Part shown: positions 1 to 7,983 of the stretch, one piece after another
Position numbering within the stretch: the first letter of the stretch is position 1
Layout of the letters: each line of letters begins with the position of its first letter
DNA from: an uncultured Acidobacteriota bacterium
GTDB taxonomy: Bacteria > Acidobacteriota > Vicinamibacteria > Vicinamibacterales > UBA8438
NCBI GenBank assembly: GCA_913043225.1
Contig: CAJWLU010000044.1
Coordinates: 1 to 16,462 of the forward strand
DNA length: 16,462 nt
Reading direction: 5' to 3'
Position numbers and translations under genes: made by a program
Notes under the pieces: model-generated
The model's database searches: none
What the model was told of the DNA's origin: nothing
Seen by the model: the letters and a program-made list of their open reading frames with translations, nothing else

Positions 1-1533
1 CGGGCGATTCGCCTGTATTCCGAATGGTCGGACCGCATCGCCGCCGGCCAGTTGCCGCCGGTGCCGCCGCGGCCGGAGGGCATCGAGCGCAACCTCGTGC
101 TCAGCATGTGGGGCTGGGGCCACCCGCAGGGGATGGTCCACGACAACGTGTCGACCGACAAGCGTGACCCGACGCGCTATGGCGGCGGTCCGATCTACGG
201 GGTGGGGGGCGCCGGTCTCGTGGTCACCGATCTGGTGGGCCGCCAGTCCGTGCGGATGGATCTGCCGACGAGGGTCGAGCGTCAGGCGCGGGGCAACTCC
301 TATCAGGGCGCGTCTACCGCCGTGCCGTCGCTCTACTACCCGAACGAGCCGTCAGGGCTGGTGAGTCGAAGCGCCCACAACCCGATGATGGACGGCAAGG
401 GCCGGGTCTGGATTACCCAGGCAGTGCGACCGAACGACGTGCCGAACTGGTGTCTGGAGGGCTCTGACCATCCGTTCGCCGAGTACTACCCGATCCAGCA
501 TCGGGCGGAGTCTCGGCAGCTGTCCTACTACGACCCGGCCACCGAAAAGATTGTCCTGATCGACACCTGCTACTTCACGCATCATCTGCAGTTTGCCGAC
601 GATGAGGACGACACGCTCTGGCTCAGTGGGTCGACTGAAGCAGTGGGGTGGCTGAATACCCGGCTCTATGACGAGACCGGCGACGAGCGGACCTCGCAGG
701 GCTGGTGCCCGACCGTGATCGACACCAACGGCGATGGGGTAATCACCAAGCCGTGGACCGAGCCGACCCCCGATGGCGAGGTCGAGGTGGACCCCGCGCG
801 GGATACCCGCATCGGCAGTCTTGACAAGTTCCAGCGCGCCTACGGGATCATTCCGCACCCGGATGGGTCGGTCTGGATCACCCGGCGGTTCCCGGTGCCG
901 GGGCAGCTGATCCGGCTGGAGCTTGGTGACAATCCGCCAGAGACGTGCAAGTCGGAAGTCTACGAACCGCCCTACGACCCGACCGGTGACCCGTCGGCAT
1001 GGGGGTATGGGCCCCGCGGCATCGACGTCGACCGCAACGGGCTGATCTGGACCGCGCTCGGCGGCAGTGGGCACTTCGCTAGCTTCGACCGCAACGAGTG
1101 CGCGGTGCTGAATGGGCCGACGGCGACTGGCCAGCACTGCACCGAGGGCTGGACGCTCTATCAGACGCCGGGCCCGAGTATGCAGGGAGTCGAGGGGACG
1201 GCGAACGCCGACTATCACTACTACAGCTGGGTCGACCAGTTCGATTCGCTTGGACTGGGCGCCAATGTGCCGATCGCCACAGGCACGTCGTCAGACGCTC
1301 TCCTGGCGCTGATGCCGGACAGCGGCGAGTGGGTAACGATGCGGGTGCCGTATCCGCTGGGGTTCTACAGCCGGGGACTCGACGGTCGGATCGATGATCC
1401 GAACACCGGCTGGAAGGGCCGTGGCGTCTGGGCCAGCTTCAACACCGGGTCGCCCTATCACCTGGAAGGCGGCAAGGGCACGACGAGCGAGATCGTCCAG
1501 TTCCAGTTCCGCCCGCATCCGCTCGCTGAATGA
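1..1533 (+). CDS. 5'-truncated conserved hypothetical protein, C-terminal beta-propeller-like region (family usually annotated 'carboxypeptidase regulatory-like domain-containing protein')
   Basis: Frame 1 is open from base 1 (RAIRLYSEWSDRIAAGQLPPVPPRPEGIERN...), so the TTG start at 52 is an artefact; stop TGA 1531-1533. Recognised motifs: HNPMMDGKGRVW, DTCYFTHHLQF, DTNGDG, RGIDVDRNG, RGLDGRIDDPNTGWKGRG. Repeated D-x-x-G-x-V-W units suggest propeller blades. Confidence 0.75.
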   Translation, partial: RAIRLYSEWSDRIAAGQLPPVPPRPEGIERNLVLSMWGWGHPQGMVHDNVSTDKRDPTRYGGGPIYGVGGAGLVVTDLVGRQSVRMDLPTRVERQARGNSYQGASTAVPSLYYPNEPSGLVSRSAHNPMMDGKGRVWITQAVRPNDVPNWCLEGSDHPFAEYYPIQHRAESRQLSYYDPATEKIVLIDTCYFTHHLQFADDEDDTLWLSGSTEAVGWLNTRLYDETGDERTSQGWCPTVIDTNGDGVITKPWTEPTPDGEVEVDPARDTRIGSLDKFQRAYGIIPHPDGSVWITRRFPVPGQLIRLELGDNPPETCKSEVYEPPYDPTGDPSAWGYGPRGIDVDRNGLIWTALGGSGHFASFDRNECAVLNGPTATGQHCTEGWTLYQTPGPSMQGVEGTANADYHYYSWVDQFDSLGLGANVPIATGTSSDALLALMPDSGEWVTMRVPYPLGFYSRGLDGRIDDPNTGWKGRGVWASFNTGSPYHLEGGKGTTSEIVQFQFRPHPLAE

Positions 1534-1538
1534 CACTG

Positions 1539-1717
1539 GGCTTTAGGCTTTGGGCTTTGGCGCGACGCCGGTTGTCGGGTGAACTCTGCTGACAACCTTA
1601 CGGGTAATCGGTGGACTCGTCCGATCCACGAATCGTCTGACCGTCCGAAGACCGGATTCCGTAGGGCGGGGCTAAAGCCCCGCCCTACGGTCTCTCCAAA
1701 GCCCAAAGGCCAAAGCC
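1539..1717. repeat. 22-bp imperfect inverted repeats built from tandem heptamers, enclosing several hairpins (MITE/BIME-like)
   Basis: Left arm 1539-1560 GGCTTTAGGCTTTGGGCTTTGG; right arm 1696-1717 CCAAAGCCCAAAGGCCAAAGCC; 20/22 match as reverse complements; unit GGCTTT(A/G). Confidence 0.8.
1659..1690. repeat. GTAG-type REP palindrome
   Basis: CCGTAGGGCGGGGCT-AA-AGCCCCGCCCTACGG: perfect 15-bp inverted repeat with GTAG near the stem foot, the hallmark of GTAG-family REPs. Confidence 0.75.
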
Positions 1718-1743
1718 GCGGGCCTCCGGTCCACGGGGCCCGC
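1718..1743 (-). terminator. GC-rich hairpin directly after the DUF1552 stop codon; possible terminator or RNA-stabilising stem
   Basis: GCGGGCC (1718-1724) pairs perfectly with GGCCCGC (1737-1743) and can be extended inward. On the minus strand it is followed only by GGCTTTGG, so the U-tract is weak. Confidence 0.35.
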
Positions 1744-3108
1744 CTACACCTCAGAGAGTTCGTTGATCGGCTCGCCCGTGCTGTCCCCGAACGTCTCGGT
1801 CGGGACGCCCAGCTTGTTGAGTAGCGTGAGTTGGAGGTTCGTGAGCCGCTGGGTCTGATCGGGGTACTTGACGTGCCGGCCACCCTTGACCAGGCCGGCG
1901 CCGCCTCCGGCCAGGAGGATCGGCAGGTTGCGGATGTCGTGGCTATTGCCCTCGCTGATGGCGCTGCCGTAGAGCACGATGACGTTGTCGAGCAGCGTCG
2001 CGTCCCCGTCGCTGGTCGTGGCGAGCTTCTCCAGGTAGTACGCGAACAGGTTGGCGTGATACGCGTTGATCTTCGCCAGGCTGGCGATCTTGTTCTTGTC
2101 GCCGCCGTGGTGCGAGATCGGGTGGTGTGAGTCTGATACACCGATCTGCGGATAGGTGGCTCCGCTTTGCTCGCGACCCACCTGAAACGTGAGTACCCGT
2201 GTCGTGTCGGTCTGAAGCGCCAGCACCTGCATGTCAAACATCAGTCGCGCGTGCTCGTCGTAGCTGACGGGAATGCCGGCCGGAGAGTCTACCGTCGGGA
2301 GCTCACGGCCCTGGTCCTCGGCCACCTGAATCCGTCGTTCGATCTCGCGAACTGACTGCAGATACTCATCCAGCTTGGCCTGGTCCCGACGGCCCAGGTC
2401 GTCTTGAAGCCGGTCGACCTTGTCCAGCACCGAGTCGAGAATGCTGGTCTGACGGGACATGCGGGCACGCCGCACGTCCGGATCTGTGCTGTCCACGCCG
2501 CCGAATAGCCGCTCGAAGACGACCCGTGGGTTGGTCTCGACCGGTAGCGGGGTGGACGGGCCGCTCCAGGCCAGCCGGTTCTGATAGGCGCAGCTGAAGC
2601 CGACATCGCAGGTGCCGACGCCGTTGACGGTGTCGGCGCCCTCGAGCCCGAGCTCAAGGGAGGGGAGCGGCGTCTGCTGGCCGATGGTGTTGGCCAGGAG
2701 CTGGTCCATCGAGATACCGAGCGACAGGCTCGAGCTGCCGGTGGTCGGTAGCGGTTCGATGCCGGTCATGAAGGCACCGGCTGGCTTGGCGTGCGCACCA
2801 GAGGCGCCCGATCGTGACCGCGCGCCGGTGTTGTCGAAACCGCTAAGCACCAGCAGATGATCGCGGAACGGTTGCAGTGGCAGCAGTGTCGGGGTGAAGT
2901 CGAACCCGGTGCCCTCGGTTGCCGGTGTCCACCGCTCCATGACGATACCGTTGGGCACATACACGGTGCAGAATCGACGCACCGGCGCGGTCGCCGCGCG
3001 GGCGAGGTGGGTCGTGGGGGCCATCCGCTCGAACAGCGGCAGCGCCAGCGTGGCACCGACGCCGCGGAGGACCGTCCGACGGGAAATGGCTCGCTTCGGA
3101 ATCATCAT
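1744..3108 (-). CDS. DUF1552 domain-containing protein with twin-arginine-like N-terminus
   Basis: 454 aa. N-terminus ISRRTVLRGVGATLALP; family motifs YVPNG, LPSLELG, CDVGFSCAY, PRVVFERLFG, SILD, D-x-x-KLDEYLQSVREIERRI, HHPISHH, LPILLAGG. The start overlaps the upstream stop (ATGA, 3105-3108). Confidence 0.9.
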   Translation of the reverse strand: MMIPKRAISRRTVLRGVGATLALPLFERMAPTTHLARAATAPVRRFCTVYVPNGIVMERWTPATEGTGFDFTPTLLPLQPFRDHLLVLSGFDNTGARSRSGASGAHAKPAGAFMTGIEPLPTTGSSSLSLGISMDQLLANTIGQQTPLPSLELGLEGADTVNGVGTCDVGFSCAYQNRLAWSGPSTPLPVETNPRVVFERLFGGVDSTDPDVRRARMSRQTSILDSVLDKVDRLQDDLGRRDQAKLDEYLQSVREIERRIQVAEDQGRELPTVDSPAGIPVSYDEHARLMFDMQVLALQTDTTRVLTFQVGREQSGATYPQIGVSDSHHPISHHGGDKNKIASLAKINAYHANLFAYYLEKLATTSDGDATLLDNVIVLYGSAISEGNSHDIRNLPILLAGGGAGLVKGGRHVKYPDQTQRLTNLQLTLLNKLGVPTETFGDSTGEPINELSEV

Positions 3109-5576
3109 GATTCTGACCTGCGCATGAGGAACGGCTGACTCTTCACGATCGCGTTAACGAGCGTCGACCAGGTCAGCTCGTCAGGGGATGTCTGTCGCGC
3201 GATCTGTCGCACCACGGGCATGTCGGCCGCACTCAGTGTACGTCCAACCGCATACGTGAGGAGTTTCTCGGTCACGGTGTCGACGAACTGCTCTCGACGG
3301 TCAATCAAGGCGTCTCGGAGGCCCGGAAGTCCGCGCAACTCGGTGCCATCCACCAGCGTGCCGGACGGATCGATCGGGATGCCGGTGTCGAATGGCGTCC
3401 CGCCGCCGTCGGTGGTTCTCCAGCGTCCGATGGCGTCATACGACTCGAGCGCGAAGCCGAGCGGGTCGATGGTGTTGTGGCAGCTTGCGCACACCGGGCT
3501 GTCGCGATGCTGGGCCAGACGCTCCCGCATCGTGGGGGGTACGCTGTCGTCGCCCCGGGCCGTCGGCAGGCTGGGCACGTCTGGCGGCGGAGGCGAGGGC
3601 GGAGTGCCGAGCATGTTGTCCAGGAGCCAGACCCCTCGCACGACAGGCGAGGTGCGGTTGGCGTACGAGGTAATGGTCAGGATGCTCGCGTGTCCCAGCA
3701 ACCCGCCTCGGGTCTCATCGGCCGGTACCCTGCGGAAATGCGGTCCATAGACGCCAGGAATGCCGTAGTGTCGCGCTAGTCGCTCGTTCACGTAGGTATG
3801 GTCGGCTCGTAGCAGCTCGACGAGCGGGCGGTCGGTCAGCATCTGCTGTTCGAGGAAAAGCTCCGTTTCGCGGCGCATCGCCTGGCGGAGGCTCTCGTCG
3901 AACGCCGTGTAGGTCGCCGTGTCCGGCACCGCGTTCCGAAGCTTGCGCAGCTCCAGCCACTGGCTACCGAAGTTCTCCACGAGCGCGCGAGACCGGGGGT
4001 CGGCCAGCATCCGCTCGACTTGGGCTGTCAGTACCTCGTCGTCGGTCAGTCGCCCCGCTGTGGCCAGGTCGAGCAACTCGTCGTCGGGAATGCTGCTCCA
4101 GAGGAAGAACGACAGCCGGGACGCCAGCTCGAGACCGCTGACCGGGTAGGCGGCGCCTGGCGCCACATCGGTCGGGTCGGTCTCGATCCGGAACAGGAAC
4201 TCGGGGTCGACCAGCAGCCGTTCGATCGCAGCCTGGATGCCGGCGTCGAAGCCGCCGTCGCTACGGCCTGCATCGAAGAACGCCATCAGCTCCGCGGTGT
4301 CGTCAGCGGTAGCGGGGCGACGATACGCGCGTCCGGCCAGGGTCGAGAGGATCTCTTGCGCGCACGTCGTGTCGTTCATCACGTCGTCTGGCTGGCAGAC
4401 ATACACTCGATGCCGGCCGGGTAGGGCGGCGGCTCCGCTGGCGTCGAACGGGCCGATGATCTCGACGCCGGAGATGGCCGGGTTGCCGTCCTGCATCTCG
4501 TCTTGTCCGTACGAGTAGGACGACCGATCGACTGGAAGCGGCAGGATGCCTTCGGCGACCGCGGACCGTCGGTCGAATGCGATGCCGACCTGATGCGGGC
4601 CGCCGGTCACGTCGACGCGTAGCTCCATGCCCTCGTCGGCGTTTAGGGCGTAACGTTCCCATTCGGGAAACGAATTGCCGTCGTAGACCTGGTCGAACTT
4701 GCCGGCGTAGCCCATCGGCGGCAGCTGACCATGCTCCCACACGCGGCCTATCGTGAAGGTGTCGAGCCGGGCGCCGTCGAGTCGAACGTCTAGCGCATGA
4801 GGCTGCCCGAGTCCTCGGACGTAGCCATACTCCTGTTTTCGCAGGCTGACCCGGATCAGATACTCGCCGTCGACCGGAAAGTTGTGGTCGATGGTGAGCC
4901 CGCCCCTGGAGCCGAGCGGCAGGTCGAGGCTGACCGCGTGGTCCTGGTCGAGCGAGCCATGCACCGGATAGATGGTGGCAACTGGCCGCAGGCTCTGGTC
5001 GCCCACTACGAGCCGGCTGATCTGCTGCGCCGCGGCCAGATACCGCTCGATGAGGGTGGGGGAGACCGATAGCACGTCGGCGATGTTGTCGAAGCCGTGC
5101 TCCTCGTCGTCCACCGGGAGGAGTGCCGTCACATTCACGTCCAGGTCGAACAGGTCCCGGATGGCGTTGCCATATTCGGCGCGATTGAGACGATGGACGG
5201 CCGGTCGGCCCGGGTCGACATCGGCGAGTCCGGCTACGTCGAGCTCACTCTCCAACCAGTGCACGAAGGCGTTCGTGGTGGTGAGGTCAGGGCGCGGTCG
5301 ACCCGCCGGAGGCATCGCGGCAGCCTTGAGCCGTCTGATTACGTGCTCCCACACCTCGGCGTGGTCGCCCACCGCGGCCAGGTCCAGGCTGGCGAGGCTC
5401 AGGTCTCCGGCTAGCGTCCGCTCGTTGTGGCAAGCCACGCAATACCGGTCGACGACGGCCCGAGCCGCGGTCGCGTCCATCGTGGACGCTGGCTGAGCGG
5501 CGTCGGTAGGGCCGTGCCCGGCGAGCAGCCACAAGCCGAGGCCAAGCGTCACGCCGGTGACGTGTCGAAGGCTCAT
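3105..5576 (-). CDS. DUF1592-family protein (N-terminal cytochrome c plus DUF1587/1595/1592/1588/1585 domains), two CxxCH motifs
   Basis: 823 aa from ATG 5576 (GGAG RBS at 5581-5584; ATGA overlap with the ankyrin stop). Signal peptide MSLRHVTGVTLGLGLWLLAG. CVACH at 5427-5441 followed by MPP; HRLNRAEY; LASRLSFFLWSSIPDDELL; RTSPVVRGVW; CASCH at 3477-3491; DPLGFALE. Confidence 0.92.
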   Translation of the reverse strand: MSLRHVTGVTLGLGLWLLAGHGPTDAAQPASTMDATAARAVVDRYCVACHNERTLAGDLSLASLDLAAVGDHAEVWEHVIRRLKAAAMPPAGRPRPDLTTTNAFVHWLESELDVAGLADVDPGRPAVHRLNRAEYGNAIRDLFDLDVNVTALLPVDDEEHGFDNIADVLSVSPTLIERYLAAAQQISRLVVGDQSLRPVATIYPVHGSLDQDHAVSLDLPLGSRGGLTIDHNFPVDGEYLIRVSLRKQEYGYVRGLGQPHALDVRLDGARLDTFTIGRVWEHGQLPPMGYAGKFDQVYDGNSFPEWERYALNADEGMELRVDVTGGPHQVGIAFDRRSAVAEGILPLPVDRSSYSYGQDEMQDGNPAISGVEIIGPFDASGAAALPGRHRVYVCQPDDVMNDTTCAQEILSTLAGRAYRRPATADDTAELMAFFDAGRSDGGFDAGIQAAIERLLVDPEFLFRIETDPTDVAPGAAYPVSGLELASRLSFFLWSSIPDDELLDLATAGRLTDDEVLTAQVERMLADPRSRALVENFGSQWLELRKLRNAVPDTATYTAFDESLRQAMRRETELFLEQQMLTDRPLVELLRADHTYVNERLARHYGIPGVYGPHFRRVPADETRGGLLGHASILTITSYANRTSPVVRGVWLLDNMLGTPPSPPPPDVPSLPTARGDDSVPPTMRERLAQHRDSPVCASCHNTIDPLGFALESYDAIGRWRTTDGGGTPFDTGIPIDPSGTLVDGTELRGLPGLRDALIDRREQFVDTVTEKLLTYAVGRTLSAADMPVVRQIARQTSPDELTWSTLVNAIVKSQPFLMRRSES

Positions 5577-7021
5577 TGGGCTCCTTCCAGTCTCAACAGC
5601 ATTTCCTCGGCTGTGGTCCCAGCCTCGTTGGCGATGCGCGGATCCGCTCCGGCTTCGACCAGCAGTTGGGCGGCCTCGCGGAAACGATATCGGGCCGCGT
5701 TGTGGAGCGCGGTGTTGCCCGACCGACCGATTGTGTCCAGGCTCGGTCCGGCGCCGACGTCGAGCAGGGCCTGCACGGTGTCGCGTACGCCGACGCCGTC
5801 GGCCCACTCTGCTGAGACCAGTTCGGGGGCGATGAGGCGATTGCGGCGGGTCGTGGACCGGCTCGCACCCAGGCCGACGGCCGCCATGAGTGGCGTGGTG
5901 CCGTCGTCCATCGGCTGCAAGACATGGGCGCCGTATTCGGCCAGGAGGCGCACCATGTTCGGCTCGAGATACTTCGCCGCGAGGAGGAGCGGAGTCGCGC
6001 CCTTCTCACGGTGGGTGAAGATGTACTGATACGTCCAGCGCGGCACCGGTGTGCTCTTGACGAGCGGTCGATTCGGGTCAGCGCCTCGAGCCAGAAGATC
6101 GGCCATGAGCGCTGGGAGACGTCGGAGCGCGGCCGCATGGAGTCCCGTGTAGCCGGCCCCGTCCGAGTTCGGGTCGGCGCCGCGCTCCAGGAGATAGCGG
6201 GCTAGGGTTTCGTGCCCGCTCATCGCGGCCAGGACGAGCGGCGTGTTACCGTCCGCTCCCGGGTCGTCGATGGGGGCGCCTGCGTCGAGCAGCCAGCGGG
6301 CCGAGGCCAGGTCTCCGTGCCGGGCGGCGAAGAGCAAGGCTGTGAAGCCGCCGGCCTCGAAGTAGGTCGACCCTTGTGGACTGGTAGTGCTTAGCTCGGC
6401 GGTTCCGCGAAGCTGCTGTACGACGCGCGTCCGGGCCGCGAAATCGGCGCCCGCCTCGAGCAGCAAGCCGGTGACGGCCTCGTGTCCGCTCGCCACCGCA
6501 CGCATCAGCGCGGTCTGGCCCCGCTCCGGCTCGGCCGCGTCGATATCGGCGCCCTGGGCGAGCAACGCCCGGACTCCGTCGGTGGAGCCGGTATGGGCGC
6601 ATCGCATGAGGAGCGTCTCGCCGCTGCTCAGTCCGAGGTTAGGGTCGGCGCCGGCGGTCAGGAGACGTTCGACGGCCGCCGATTGCCCGGTAGCGCACGC
6701 CGCCCAGAGCGGGGTGGCGCCGTACTCGTTCGCGGCGTTGACGGTGGCGTCGGCCTCTACGAGTGCCTGCAGGACGGATTCTTCACCCCAGTAGGCGGCC
6801 CAGTGCAGCGCGGTGGCACCATCCCCTTGTGTCTGGTCGACCGCCGCGCCTTCGGCGAGCAGCGCTCCTACCTGGTCCCACGCGCGAGCCTTCGCGGCGT
6901 CGGCCAGGGGCGCTTCGGTGGCCGCGCCAGGGGACGCGACCAGCGCCCAGGCGCACCACGACAGAGCAGCGAGCCGTGCGGGCACGGATCTAGCGGCGGA
7001 GCGCAACTGAACCTGAACCAT
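5573..7021 (-). CDS. Exported ankyrin-repeat protein
   Basis: 482 aa from ATG 7021 (AAAGGA RBS just upstream). Hydrophobic signal segment LAALSWCAWALVASPGAA. About 10 ankyrin units (GATALHWAA, GATPLWAAC, GETLLMRCA, GQTALMRAV, GFTALLFAA, GNTPLVLAA, GYTGLHAAA, GATPLLLAA, GTTPLMAAV, GNTALHNAA). Confidence 0.92.
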   Translation of the reverse strand: MVQVQLRSAARSVPARLAALSWCAWALVASPGAATEAPLADAAKARAWDQVGALLAEGAAVDQTQGDGATALHWAAYWGEESVLQALVEADATVNAANEYGATPLWAACATGQSAAVERLLTAGADPNLGLSSGETLLMRCAHTGSTDGVRALLAQGADIDAAEPERGQTALMRAVASGHEAVTGLLLEAGADFAARTRVVQQLRGTAELSTTSPQGSTYFEAGGFTALLFAARHGDLASARWLLDAGAPIDDPGADGNTPLVLAAMSGHETLARYLLERGADPNSDGAGYTGLHAAALRRLPALMADLLARGADPNRPLVKSTPVPRWTYQYIFTHREKGATPLLLAAKYLEPNMVRLLAEYGAHVLQPMDDGTTPLMAAVGLGASRSTTRRNRLIAPELVSAEWADGVGVRDTVQALLDVGAGPSLDTIGRSGNTALHNAARYRFREAAQLLVEAGADPRIANEAGTTAEEMLLRLEGAQ

Positions 7022-7042
7022 TGGTCCTTTTACTAGAAGCCT

Positions 7043-7072
7043 ATTGTAGCCCGGCCCGGGCCTCCATATGAT
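7043..7072. promoter_or_regulatory. Putative overlapping divergent sigma70 promoters
   Basis: Plus strand: TTGTAG (7044-7049), 17 bp, TATGAT (7067-7072) ahead of the aldolase. Minus strand: TACAAT (7048-7043) as a -10 element about 20 bp before the ankyrin start. Both lie in an 86-bp spacer. Confidence 0.45.
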
Positions 7073-7107
7073 GGCGCTTTCTCCGGATAAGGAGACCAGG
7101 GAGGCCG

Positions 7108-7974
7108 ATGCAGATGTTAGCGACACCACCAGCTTCAGTGCGCGCGTGGGCGAACGGCGCGATCGTGGCCGCAGTGCTGGCCATGGCGGCCGTGATGTTG
7201 CTGTCCGACACGACAAGTCGGGCCCAGGAACCGGTGCGGATCAACCGGGTGGTCGAAGCGCTCGAGAACGGCGACGCCGCGGTCGCCAACACCCATTGGC
7301 GCTTCGTCGACATGGAGCATTCTCCGTTCTCCGGCGCCCTCGTCCAGGGAGTGCTGGCCGAGATGAACGAGGACCGGAACGGGCAGGGGCAGATGAGGTT
7401 GGCGCCGCTGGTCCGGATTCCCCAGGACGGCGACGAGGACTTCAAGTGGGCGATCAAGCAGGCGCTCGACCTGGGCGCCATGGGCATCATCCTGCCGCAC
7501 GTCGACCGGGCCGAGGAGGCTAGGCGCTTCGTGAGAGCGATGCGCTACCCGCCGTTCCGTGATTCACCGTATCAGTCCCCTCGGGGCGAACGCGGTTGGG
7601 GGCCGGGCGGGGCGATCCGGCTGTGGGGTCTAGACAGCGCGGAGTACGCCCGTCGTGCGGATGTCTGGCCGCTCAATCCGAATGGTGAGCTGTTCGCGGT
7701 CGCCATGATCGAGTCGCGGGAGGCGGTGGACAACATCCACGAGATTCTCGAGACGCCGATCAGCGCCGTTATGGTGATTCCGGGCGACATGGCGATGGAT
7801 CTCGGGCTGGGTCCGAATCCGCCCGGACGCAACCATCCCGAGGTGGACGAGATGTTCGATCGCGTGCTCGAGGCATGCCAGGCGCAGACCCGCGTCATCT
7901 GCGGCGCCGGCGACAGCCGAACGCGGACGGACCAGCGTCTGGCGGAGGGGTGGCGGTTCTTCCTGCCACTTTAG
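7108..7974 (+). CDS. HpcH/HpaI (GarL-like) class II pyruvate aldolase family protein with signal peptide
   Basis: 288 aa; GGAGG before ATG. Motifs FVDMEH, LVRIP, KQALDLGAMGIILPHV, MRYPP, GERG, MIES, PGDMA match the HpcH His/Arg/Glu/Asp catalytic set. N-terminal hydrophobic stretch IVAAVLAMAAVMLL ends in SRA-QE. Confidence 0.88.
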   Translation: MQMLATPPASVRAWANGAIVAAVLAMAAVMLLSDTTSRAQEPVRINRVVEALENGDAAVANTHWRFVDMEHSPFSGALVQGVLAEMNEDRNGQGQMRLAPLVRIPQDGDEDFKWAIKQALDLGAMGIILPHVDRAEEARRFVRAMRYPPFRDSPYQSPRGERGWGPGGAIRLWGLDSAEYARRADVWPLNPNGELFAVAMIESREAVDNIHEILETPISAVMVIPGDMAMDLGLGPNPPGRNHPEVDEMFDRVLEACQAQTRVICGAGDSRTRTDQRLAEGWRFFLPL

Positions 7975-7983
7975 GAGATGGTG

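Noticed and set aside
352..1218. 288-aa minus-strand ORF, representative of many long overlapping ORFs (e.g. 8470-9342, 5427-6029, 11610-12149)
   Set aside because: These are antisense or alternate-frame shadows of well-supported genes in GC-rich DNA, with Arg/Pro/Ala-rich low-information translations and no motifs.
1458..2237. 259-aa minus ORF and 81-aa plus ORF (1579-1824) crossing the repeat-rich spacer
   Set aside because: They overlap real genes, and their translations (GRGFSPAL, SPKPKAQ) are just the REP and heptad repeats read through.
5577..5807. Long N-terminal extensions in the ORF track (also 7022-7216, 12603-12665, 14258-14365)
   Set aside because: Downstream ATGs have proper RBSs and start clean signal peptides, and most of the extensions overlap neighbouring genes.
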